A DNA stretch of 64,000 nt. Origin: a virus. The stretch lies in IMG/VR virus record IMGVR_UViG_3300029552_000001; one strand, given 5' to 3'. Below, piece by piece: positions 53,068-62,143 of the stretch. The translations under genes and the position numbers were made by a program. Positions within the stretch are counted from its first letter, which is position 1, and each line of letters starts with the position of its first letter. The notes beneath the pieces are model-generated. The model worked only from the letters and a program-made list of their open reading frames with translations, did not search any database and was not told the DNA's origin.

Positions 53068-53766
53068 GTGCAAACAATTGGTAAAGCCCAAGTAATAGCC
53101 CAAGCTTGGGAAGACAGTTTATTGGGCAGGATTCCTAAGGATGAGAAGGATTATCCGGAGTGGTACAAGAATCGTCTTGATTTATGCAAGAAATGTCCTA
53201 AGAACTCTTCTAATATTTTTTTCTTTAAGTTACCAGCTAAGGTATTGCTGCAAAGATTGATGGGAAGACAGGCGTGCTCGTTGTGCGGTTGCTTTATCAA
53301 GGAAAAGGCTTGGATGAAGACAGAGGTATGCCCGTTAAAGTTCGTGGAGGGGGAGAAAGCCAAATGGAATGCTATGGAGGTCATAACCGCCGATCATAAC
53401 GATTTTAATATCGAGAGTCCTAATGATAATTTCGACGTGGGACTATCGGATGATGAAAGTGAGTTTTATATAAATCTTTTCGATCAGAAGATAGGAGATA
53501 AGATCGAGATCGTTCTGTTTATAACTCATAAGGATGGATTCCATGTTAAGGATAAACATTTTTCATGCGGATGTATAGGTGACGTATCATACAACAATCA
53601 TCCTGATAACGAGAATAGAACCATATTTCGTATGACGTTGGATACATCAAAATACCCGGAAGGTCATTTTGAGAAACATCTATCTCTTACCGGTTATGTG
53701 AAGGATGATCCTGAACGTAATTTCAAACATTTCCCGCTACGTATTATAGGGGAAGCTTATAAATAA
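53068..53766 (+). CDS. hypothetical Cys-cluster protein (232 aa, GTG start)
   Basis: CKKCPKNS..CSLCGC..VCP. Confidence 0.55.
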   Translation: MQTIGKAQVIAQAWEDSLLGRIPKDEKDYPEWYKNRLDLCKKCPKNSSNIFFFKLPAKVLLQRLMGRQACSLCGCFIKEKAWMKTEVCPLKFVEGEKAKWNAMEVITADHNDFNIESPNDNFDVGLSDDESEFYINLFDQKIGDKIEIVLFITHKDGFHVKDKHFSCGCIGDVSYNNHPDNENRTIFRMTLDTSKYPEGHFEKHLSLTGYVKDDPERNFKHFPLRIIGEAYK

Positions 53767-53770
53767 TGCT

Positions 53771-54019
53771 ATGAGAAATCTCGTAAGAAGCAAGATAGAT
53801 GACCGTATCCATGCCCTTATTGTCATGGAAGTCGGATGCCGTGAGTTACCTGAATATTCATTGGGTGATATACTTTACTCCGCTTTAAGGAGGATAGCTA
53901 GGGCTAATGGTGGTAATGTCCGCTTCTTGCGGGATGTTAGTACCAGGGATTTATTGAGGTCTATAGACCAAAGCATCAGTGATGAGATCGAATTAAATAA
54001 TAATGATTTTAACGTGTGA
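53771..54019 (+). CDS. hypothetical protein (82 aa)
   Basis: ORF track. Confidence 0.5.
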   Translation: MRNLVRSKIDDRIHALIVMEVGCRELPEYSLGDILYSALRRIARANGGNVRFLRDVSTRDLLRSIDQSISDEIELNNNDFNV

Positions 54020-54558
54020 TTATGATGGAAGAGGATAAGGATATCAAGAAAGAGATCAGGGATTATCTTAAAGAAGAGGCGGATACCCATATAAGGCATT
54101 GGATAGCCATAAAACGTGAGAGCAAGCGTCTGTATAGCGATATTGAGGATAGGACTAAGAAGATAGCCCTTAAATCATCTTCGTTGATAAAAGAGGAGGA
54201 TTTTGTCGTTCTTCATGAGATGACCCATAAGATACAGATGTTGAATATAGAGGCTGTAAAAGTCAATTCTAGGTTGATGTTCATAATCCAGTTGGCTACC
54301 AGCTTCGGTATGGATCTGGATTTAGATACGACATATGCGTCCACCGCCAAGAGCATTATAGAAGACAGAACGTCTGGATTCGTGTTTTATGATGATAAGG
54401 AACGTCTGAGATATGCTGACAAGGAGCTTGAGGATATGTTCCATGACATGAGCGTGACGGAAGTAAGTAAGATCGGGGTTGTTCAGTCTTATGAGCTTCT
54501 TATGAAACAGTATAACGAGTTTAAGGACATAATCAAAAATAATATTAATTCCATATAA
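54016..54558 (+). CDS. hypothetical protein (180 aa)
   Basis: ORF track. Confidence 0.55.
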   Translation: MIMMEEDKDIKKEIRDYLKEEADTHIRHWIAIKRESKRLYSDIEDRTKKIALKSSSLIKEEDFVVLHEMTHKIQMLNIEAVKVNSRLMFIIQLATSFGMDLDLDTTYASTAKSIIEDRTSGFVFYDDKERLRYADKELEDMFHDMSVTEVSKIGVVQSYELLMKQYNEFKDIIKNNINSI

Positions 54559-54569
54559 TTTCATTATAG

Positions 54570-54815
54570 GGTTTTAATATATCTATAAGGATCTGATTAT
54601 TAGCCTAAGTCTTGAAACAGAGGCTACGTTATTGGAGAATATATAGTTACCTACGGATGTTTATCCAAGTCTGTAGCTCTAAGGTAGGTGATTAAACAGG
54701 GATTGTATTTGGGTTTCGGTGTTGCCTGTACAAAACCTTCAATAACATTGGCGATGGGTACTAACAGGGTTTTTACCCTGACTTATGTTGAATAAACATT
54801 TTATTAAATTATTTA
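54570..54815 (+). ncRNA. candidate omega-RNA (HEARO-type guide RNA scaffold) of IscB
   Basis: Its position immediately 5' of iscB is as in known IscB loci. Stems seen: TAGCCT/AGGCTA, ACCTAC/GTAGGT, GGTTT/AAACC and CAGGGT-tttt-ACCCTG. The ends are not determined. Confidence 0.5.
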
Positions 54816-54821
54816 TTGTAA

Positions 54822-56042
54822 ATGGTTTATGTACAGGACATAGATGGTAAACCGATGATGCCTACGACAAGGCATGGTAAGGTTAGGAGGTTGCTTAAGG
54901 CAAATAAAGCAACCGTAGTGAATCTTTGTCCGTTTACGATTCAGTTAACTTACAAATCAACCGATCATAAACAGCCGGTTACTCTGGGCATTGATGCAGG
55001 AGCTAAACATATCGGTTTTTCTGCAACAACTGAAAAAGAAGAGTTATTTGCTTGTGAAACAATCTTAAGAACAGATATCGTAGATTTACTTTCAACGAGA
55101 TCTCAAAACAGAAGGACAAGAAGATCAAGGCTCAGATATAGGAAGCCTAAATTTAACAACAGAGTTTTCTCTAAAAAGAAAGGCTGGGTAGCCCCTTCTG
55201 TAAAACAAAGAATTGATTCCCATTTAAACGAAGTGAATGAAATTCATAAAATCCTTCCGATTACTAAAATAGTAATTGAGGCCGCTCAGTTCGATACTCA
55301 TAAAATGAAAAATCCTAATATTTCAGGAATTGATTATCAAAACGGAGAACAACTTGGATTTTGGAATGTCAGAGAGTACGTTTTGTTCAGAGACGGACAT
55401 AAATGTAGTTATTGTAAAGGGAAATCAAAAGATCTGATCCTGAATATTCATCATATCGAGTCTCGAAAAACAGGAGGTGATTCCCCTTCCAATCTCATTA
55501 CCTTGTGTGAAACTTGTCATAAGGAATATCACAAAGGCAATATTGATTTAAAGGTAAGGCGAGGCAAGTCGCTTTGCGGCGCAGCCATAATGGGAATCAT
55601 GAAATGAAGATTATACGATGAGTTGAAGTCAAGATATTCAAACGTTTCAATGACGTTCGGTTACATTACAAAATATAATCGGATTAAATACGGAATAGAA
55701 AAATCACATACATCCGATGCGTTTGTAATTTCTAAGAACTTCAATGCGAAACGAATTGAGTATCAATACTTGAAACGTTTAGTTCGTAGGCATAACAGGC
55801 AAATACATAAAATGAAAATTTTAAAAGGAGGGAAGAAGAAAAATAATCAAGCTCCTTTTGAGGTTTTCGGATTTAGATTGTTTGATAAAGTATTGTATAA
55901 CAATGAAATAAATTTTATTTATGGAAGAAGAAAATCGGGAAATTTCAATATCAGGGATTTCAATGGAGAAAATCCAAAGGATGTTTCATACAAAAAGCTT
56001 AAACTCATTAGAGGAAAGAGGCATCCGATTATATTAAAGTAA
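54822..56042 (+). CDS. iscB: IscB RNA-guided nuclease (RuvC + HNH), 406 codons with one in-frame TGA at 55605-55607 (track ORFs 54822..55607 and 55623..56042 share a frame)
   Basis: The PLMP-type N-terminus is GKPMMPTTRHGKVRRLL and RuvC-I is LGIDAGAKHIGFS. The Arg-rich bridge is RRTRRSRLRYRKP and RuvC-II is IVIEAAQFD. HNH is CSYCKG..IHHIESRKTGGDSPSNLITLCETCHKEYH and RuvC-III is SHTSDAF. The C-terminal segment is GFRLFDKV..GRRKSGNF. Confidence 0.85.
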
Positions 56043-56089
56043 ATAAATGTATATAAACATGTTTAATATATTTTTAAATATGAAAGCCA

Positions 56090-56410
56090 ATGCCACAGGG
56101 AAGACGAAAGCCGACGAGTAAGGACGTCGATCGGGTAAACGATAATCTTGAGGTCATATCCAAGGCCGTGGATGACGCCAAGACGTATATCGCCAAGCAT
56201 CCATGGGATAAGGAGAAGCCTGAGGATATGGCTAGGGCGTTCGATTTCATATCCAAGCTGATCGATAAGATCAACGTATGGAATGACTCGTATATGGAGA
56301 AGAGTGGAATCATGGATGTATACAGGAGTGTCAGCAATGTCCAGAAGAAGGAACGTAAGGGACAGGTTTCCGGTGGTATAGAATCCGTATTAAAAAATAT
56401 GCGATCATGA
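56090..56410 (+). CDS. hypothetical protein; positional candidate for small terminase subunit
   Basis: 106 aa with a basic N-terminus. Its stop overlaps the TerL ATG (ATGA). Confidence 0.5.
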   Translation: MPQGRRKPTSKDVDRVNDNLEVISKAVDDAKTYIAKHPWDKEKPEDMARAFDFISKLIDKINVWNDSYMEKSGIMDVYRSVSNVQKKERKGQVSGGIESVLKNMRS

Positions 56411-59196
56411 GTTTAAGCACGAGTCCAGAATTTTATGTAAACATGAAGAATCCCCCTATATGGAACGATCTGTTCGGATGGGAGGATCAGGATGATGATG
56501 TTAAGCAGTTCTTCACGGAGGAGGCTTATAAGGTCAAGAACGGGGTGACTATCAACGGTACGTTCATCCCGCCATGGCTTTATTGGCATGTTAATTTCTT
56601 TCCCGTATTTCAAGACCTTCCAAATGGAGAGCGTGTTCCGGCTATCAGCCGGTTACGTGATAATGAATGGTTTTTCGCCGAGATGTACCAACGTGCCCGT
56701 CAGGAGAAGAAAGGGCTGGGGATGTTCGGTACCCGTCGTTTTGGGAAGGCCCTTCTGGACTCGGAGCTGATATATACTCCTTATGGACCTAAGAAGATAG
56801 GGTTCGCTGATATCGGTGATATCATATATGGCGATGATGGTAAGCTTACGACTGTAGTAGGCGTATATCCTCAAGGGTTCGTTGATATGTATAAGGTTAC
56901 GTTTGAGGACGGGCGCAGTATAGTATGTTGCGGTCAACATCAGTGGAAGGTTAAATATCATGGTGATTATAAAGTCATGAGCACTATGGGTATCATCCAC
57001 TCTGACTTCCAGAAGATGACTATAGACATAGGGGAGGCCGTGGATTTCCCCGAGCGGCGGTGGCTGATGTCGCCCCAGCTCCTTGGGTCTCTGACCGCCT
57101 CTTTCCTTTGTGGATCTACCGACAGGATCTTCGAGTTAAGCAATAAGGAGATGGATGATATTATTTATTCATCCAAAAAACAGAAGGAGTTGTTTATAAG
57201 CTCATTCATGAAGATATCTTGCGGTATAAGTACCGGTGATGATTGTTTTAAGGTCGTTTACAAAAGTGAGTATATTATATCCTTCGTAAGAAGAATATTC
57301 TGGTCTATGGGATATTATTGCGTCATGGATGGTGATGATATGTATATATCCAAGACTCATAACAGGCTTAGGATATCCGATATAGATTATTACGGGAAGT
57401 ATAAGGCTACTTGTATTGAGGTCGATAATAAGTCCCATCAGTTCCTTGCCACTAATTTTGTCGTATCCCATAATACGACTATCATGTCATCACTTCTCCA
57501 GATGAACGCTACCATGACGATCGGGCTTAGTCATTCCGTGGTAGGTTTCAGCGATAGCGATTTATCTAATATAGGTGAGTATTGTGAGTATGGTCTTGAT
57601 CATGTGCATCCTTTTTTCAGGATTAACAGGACCAAGACCGATTGGAGTTCTGGTGTCACCTTAGGCAAGCGTATGTCCAACGGGGTTCGTGATGTTCATG
57701 CCATAATATCCATAGCCAACATCAACATGGGTAGGAAGACATCCACACAGAAGACTGCCGGTCTGACCCCCGCCACGGCTATTTTCGACGAGGTAGGTAA
57801 GGGACCTATCAAGAAGCCGTACACTGCCGCCATGCCGTCATACGACACTCCTTACGGCTGGCGTCTCAGTCCGATCTTGGCTGGTACCGGTGGTGAGGTG
57901 GAACTATCCAAGGACGCTCAGGAGATGTTCTCTGATCCTGATACATACAATCTTCTGGTCATGGACTGGGATATTTTAAATCGGAGAGCCATGAAAGGGA
58001 AAACATGGAAAGAACGGAAATGGGCGATGTTTGTTCCTGGTCAGATGGCTAACTCCGGTGTCAAGAGAACTATAGGTCTGGGTGATTATTTGGGGAAACC
58101 TGATGATAAGAAGCTTAATAAGATCAAGATTGACGCCACGGATTTCGAGGCTAGTACCAATAAGCTTAACGAGGAACGGAAGAAGCTATCTACGAAAGAT
58201 AGGGTAGCTTATACCTCTCATACCATGTTCTATCCATTTACGATTGACGACTGTTTTTTAAGCTCATCCCAGAACCTATTTCCGGTCGAGTACGCTATCA
58301 AGCATAAGAATGATCTTCTTGAGTCGGGGCAATATAGCGGCATGCTGTGTGATGTTTTCCTTGAATCGGGGAATAAACTTGGTACTACTAAATCGAATAA
58401 GCAATTGGCTGGTTTTCCGTTTAGCGGTGGTGTTATTGACGCTCCTGTCCAGATATTTGAGATGCCTCAATCCAATAGGTTTGATGACTTTATATATGTG
58501 AGTGGTAGCGACCCCTACAAACAGGCTAAGTCGGATACGCCCTCATTAGGTGCTTTTTATGTATTCAAGAGACGTGTTGGTATTCGAGATCCTTATGCCT
58601 ATAGAATAGTTGCCTCTTACGTATCTCGTCCATCATCCATAGATCAGTTTTGCCGTACGTGTGAGGTGCTTCAGAAGGGATATGGGGCTATATGTCTTAT
58701 GGAGAACGCTGACCAGATGTATGAGCAGTACCTCAACCGGAAGAGTGGTATGCCCGCTTCTTTCTTCCTGTTCGCTGGTGAGGCTATAGCCAATAAGTAC
58801 GTGAAGGCCGGCTCCCGGCAGAACAGCAAGCTGGGGCTATACCCTACCCCCGGCAACCAGAACCTGCTCTTCTCCTGCGTGGTGGATTACTGCTGGCAGG
58901 ATTTCGTTATCGGTTATGATGATCAGACTGGTCTTGATATAACTGTCAAGGGTATTGAGCTGATCGATGATATAGCCCTACTGGATGAGATAATACAGTA
59001 TAAGCCCGGATTGAACGTCGATAGGATAATAGCGTTCGGGCATGCGTTGGTTCTCGCCAGATATTTTGACGATAACAATTACATGCCTAAATCGAAGATC
59101 GAGGAGATGAATAATGCCCGCAAGGAAGACGCTTATAAACACCATGAGGTATATGCATCTGCATTTGGATCGGTATCTATAGGAGCTTTTAGGTAA
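56407..59196 (+). CDS. terL: terminase large subunit, interrupted by an intein (929-aa precursor, ~687-aa spliced)
   Basis: Removing residues 115-356 restores Walker A GTRRFGK|TTIMSS. Walker B-like AIFDEVGK and the nuclease region VSGSDPY are present. It is followed by the portal gene. Confidence 0.85.
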   Translation: MSLSTSPEFYVNMKNPPIWNDLFGWEDQDDDVKQFFTEEAYKVKNGVTINGTFIPPWLYWHVNFFPVFQDLPNGERVPAISRLRDNEWFFAEMYQRARQEKKGLGMFGTRRFGKALLDSELIYTPYGPKKIGFADIGDIIYGDDGKLTTVVGVYPQGFVDMYKVTFEDGRSIVCCGQHQWKVKYHGDYKVMSTMGIIHSDFQKMTIDIGEAVDFPERRWLMSPQLLGSLTASFLCGSTDRIFELSNKEMDDIIYSSKKQKELFISSFMKISCGISTGDDCFKVVYKSEYIISFVRRIFWSMGYYCVMDGDDMYISKTHNRLRISDIDYYGKYKATCIEVDNKSHQFLATNFVVSHNTTIMSSLLQMNATMTIGLSHSVVGFSDSDLSNIGEYCEYGLDHVHPFFRINRTKTDWSSGVTLGKRMSNGVRDVHAIISIANINMGRKTSTQKTAGLTPATAIFDEVGKGPIKKPYTAAMPSYDTPYGWRLSPILAGTGGEVELSKDAQEMFSDPDTYNLLVMDWDILNRRAMKGKTWKERKWAMFVPGQMANSGVKRTIGLGDYLGKPDDKKLNKIKIDATDFEASTNKLNEERKKLSTKDRVAYTSHTMFYPFTIDDCFLSSSQNLFPVEYAIKHKNDLLESGQYSGMLCDVFLESGNKLGTTKSNKQLAGFPFSGGVIDAPVQIFEMPQSNRFDDFIYVSGSDPYKQAKSDTPSLGAFYVFKRRVGIRDPYAYRIVASYVSRPSSIDQFCRTCEVLQKGYGAICLMENADQMYEQYLNRKSGMPASFFLFAGEAIANKYVKAGSRQNSKLGLYPTPGNQNLLFSCVVDYCWQDFVIGYDDQTGLDITVKGIELIDDIALLDEIIQYKPGLNVDRIIAFGHALVLARYFDDNNYMPKSKIEEMNNARKEDAYKHHEVYASAFGSVSIGAFR
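56749..57474 (+). mobile_element. intein (242 aa) in the TerL P-loop; Ala1, class-3-like
   Basis: Block A is ALLDSELIYTPYG and block B is CCGQHQW. Block F is KATCIEVDNKSHQF and block G is FVVSHN followed by +1 Thr. The A115 codon is 56749-56751 and the N356 codon is 57472-57474. Confidence 0.8.
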
Positions 59197-59246
59197 ATGA
59201 ATGTCAATTAAACGCCTATCTTTGTTGTAAATAAAATTGAATAATC

Positions 59247-62009
59247 ATGGAAGTGTTTAATAGAGATCATTCGTTTCCAGCAAAAGGAGCGTTATTAGGA
59301 TTACCTCCTCAGGCTATTTCCACGAAGAAAAAGAACAGGAAATGGAAGGAGGATTGTATGGATGCTCTTGAGACGATAGGGTTGAAACAGTATGATCGTA
59401 ACCAGATGTACCGTGACTATTATCTGATGGCGGATGGTAAGTTATCTTTTATGGAGATGGCGGATGTTATCCCTCAGTTAAGGGACGTGCAGAAGTTAAG
59501 GAGCGATATAAGGATACCTTCTTTCTTGAAGCATTATGATATAATAGGTGGTATCGTAAATGCCTTTGAGGGATGGCTGACAAACCTACAGGATAAGTAT
59601 ACGGTTAACGAGGTAGGGGATATGGCTATAAGTGAGTATGAGGATACGATGTCAAACTTACTTCATCGTCATATACAAGAACAGTGGGATATTATCGTTA
59701 ATCAGCGTCTTGTGGAGGCCGGTCTTGATCCTACATACAATGAGTTTAATTCCGAGGAGGAACGTCAGGCTTATGTTCAGCAAATCCAACAGGCCAAGGC
59801 GTCTATGACCCCTGATGATATCCAGAGGTTCATGAGTACAAGATGGAAGACGCAGGCGGCGGTATGGGGGGATCATACGATCGAGGCTGACCGTAGCCGG
59901 TTTTATATGGATGAGCTTGACAGGGAGAATTTCCGGGATCGTCTTCTTAGCGGAAAGATGTTCCGGAATCATTTCGTTGGCTTCGACTACTATCGTCCGG
60001 AGGTATGGAGTCCGAGGGAGGTTTTCCATCCTGATGTGAAATACCCGCAATATGGGTCTTATGTGGGTCGTCTTCATTATTACGAGGGTGTTGAGTTGAT
60101 ATCAAAATACGGTCATAAGATGACGGCAAAGGACAAGCGTCGTATTATGGGCGGTGACGATGATTATGAGGGATGGGTATCTAATGACGGTACTAGGTAT
60201 GACTGGAAGAAAAAGAAGCCGTCTATTACCGGTATGTATGAGAATGAGGTTATTCCATGGAAAGGATACCATGACTATGAGTCTATAGTTGCCGCTGAGG
60301 ACTATTATGGTGTTCCGATGGGCGAGTACCACACCTTCGGGCCGGACGGGGAGGAACACACCCAGCCCCGCTTCTTGCCCCGCTTCCATCCATTTGGCTA
60401 TTTTAACTCTGACATGTCCAATGGCAAGAGATATGAGATAGACTCTCGCCTTTTTAGGGTAATGGAAGGATATTGGGTATCCATGAAACCGGTATTCTTA
60501 ATAACTTACATGACGGAGACCGGGATGGTGGATCAGGAGCTTGTTACCGATGAGCTTCTCCCGGAGTTCTTGGAGAAGAACGGGATAAAGAAGGTGAAGA
60601 GGGTGATGGCAGAAGCCGTTGGTGATCCTGAGGTGAACACCTACATCTTGGAGTATGTTCCTGAGGTTAGGTTTGGAGTTAAGATCACCGGAGGTAATTT
60701 AATGGATAAGCCTATATATATTGGTGGGGATCCAATACCTCATCAGATACATGGTGACAGCAGTCTGTATGATTATGTCATTCCGGTTTCGGGATTTATA
60801 GGGGCCAGTCTCGCTGATCGCATACAACCGTTCCAGATGATGTATAACCTTGCTATGAATCAGCTATACAATAACGCCGAGAAGGAGATCGGTAAGTTTT
60901 TCTTAGGTGACTTGGGATTCCTGCCTACTGAATATAAGGATATGATGGACAAGAAGGGCGCTTTGGCTACCTTCATGCAGATCGTGAAGTCCGTCTCGTT
61001 TATGGGCGTAGGTGGTAACGATACGAACAATCCTTACCAGAACCCACAGATGAGTAGCATATATAACCAGTTCGGTGTATATGATCTTACTAATACGGAT
61101 CAGATAAGATCCCGTATGGAAATGGCTTCTTACGCCTATATGATGGCTTATAGGATGATAGGTATATCTGAGCAGGCTATGGGTCAGTCAACTAGATACG
61201 AGAGTTCTACGGGCGTAAAACAGGGAGTTAACGCTACTATGCTACAGACTCAGACTTACTTTAATGATTTCGATGACTTCAAGAAACGGACATTGGATAT
61301 TCATCTAGCCGTGGCTCAAGTATGTCAGAAGGAAGGATACGATTGGACCGTGATGTACAGAAACAGCGATCTTTCCTTGGCTTACATCAGTCTTACGGAT
61401 AATAGCTTGTCGTTACGTCATCTTAATGTTATGGCTGTCTCTAATTCCAAGAAACGTCTGGAATTGGAGAATTTGAAACAATATATATTACAGACAAATA
61501 CGTTAGGTAATGACTTACTTGATATCACTAGGATGATGAGCGCCAACTCAACGGCTGAGATGAATCAGATCGGAAGGGATGCTAGATCTTACGCCGATCG
61601 TGTAAGGCAAGAAGAATACCAGAATCAACAGCGACTTGTCCAGCAGCAAGCCGAGGCCGAGCAACAGGCACGTAATGATGAGCATGAGAAGGATAAGGAG
61701 CTGGCTTATATCAAGGGCAACTTCGACTTAAGGGGTAAGAGCATAATGGCCGCCGGTCAAGCGGCTAGGACCGAGAACAACTCTGAAGGCATGGATTATG
61801 TCGAGGCTATGGCTGATAGGGCTTTAAGGGAAAGAGATCTTGATATCAAGGAAGAGGATATGAGAACCAGACAGGCTAACGCCGAGGCTGAGCGAAGATC
61901 TCGTGAGGAGATAGAGAAAAGGAAGTTGGAATTAAAAGAAAAGGAGATAGACGCTAGAAACAAACGTTCTGATACAGATAGGTTTACGTCAATAATAAAC
62001 AAGAATTGA
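59247..62009 (+). CDS. portal protein (920 aa) with charged C-terminal tail
   Basis: A large ORF directly after TerL. Its size and position are typical for portals of crAss-like phages. No motif-level proof. Confidence 0.6.
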   Translation: MEVFNRDHSFPAKGALLGLPPQAISTKKKNRKWKEDCMDALETIGLKQYDRNQMYRDYYLMADGKLSFMEMADVIPQLRDVQKLRSDIRIPSFLKHYDIIGGIVNAFEGWLTNLQDKYTVNEVGDMAISEYEDTMSNLLHRHIQEQWDIIVNQRLVEAGLDPTYNEFNSEEERQAYVQQIQQAKASMTPDDIQRFMSTRWKTQAAVWGDHTIEADRSRFYMDELDRENFRDRLLSGKMFRNHFVGFDYYRPEVWSPREVFHPDVKYPQYGSYVGRLHYYEGVELISKYGHKMTAKDKRRIMGGDDDYEGWVSNDGTRYDWKKKKPSITGMYENEVIPWKGYHDYESIVAAEDYYGVPMGEYHTFGPDGEEHTQPRFLPRFHPFGYFNSDMSNGKRYEIDSRLFRVMEGYWVSMKPVFLITYMTETGMVDQELVTDELLPEFLEKNGIKKVKRVMAEAVGDPEVNTYILEYVPEVRFGVKITGGNLMDKPIYIGGDPIPHQIHGDSSLYDYVIPVSGFIGASLADRIQPFQMMYNLAMNQLYNNAEKEIGKFFLGDLGFLPTEYKDMMDKKGALATFMQIVKSVSFMGVGGNDTNNPYQNPQMSSIYNQFGVYDLTNTDQIRSRMEMASYAYMMAYRMIGISEQAMGQSTRYESSTGVKQGVNATMLQTQTYFNDFDDFKKRTLDIHLAVAQVCQKEGYDWTVMYRNSDLSLAYISLTDNSLSLRHLNVMAVSNSKKRLELENLKQYILQTNTLGNDLLDITRMMSANSTAEMNQIGRDARSYADRVRQEEYQNQQRLVQQQAEAEQQARNDEHEKDKELAYIKGNFDLRGKSIMAAGQAARTENNSEGMDYVEAMADRALRERDLDIKEEDMRTRQANAEAERRSREEIEKRKLELKEKEIDARNKRSDTDRFTSIINKN

Positions 62010-62143
62010 TTACAAGTTTTGTAAATATTTTTACAAAATCTGTAATCATTTTGGCGTAAAATTCTGTCATATACTATAATGGGTTTGATTTAATTGGTAA
62101 TTGGATTAATAATACTTTTGTAAAAAGCAAAAAAGGAAATTGT

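Larger units (their letters stand above)
54565..56065 (+). mobile_element. IscB-type (IS200/IS605-derived, TnpA-less) insertion: structured RNA + iscB; boundaries approximate
   Basis: A 263-bp structured non-coding leader plus a 406-codon IscB frame sits between two phage late genes. An AT-rich near-palindrome (TATATAAACATGTTTAATATA) lies just after the stop. Confidence 0.6.
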
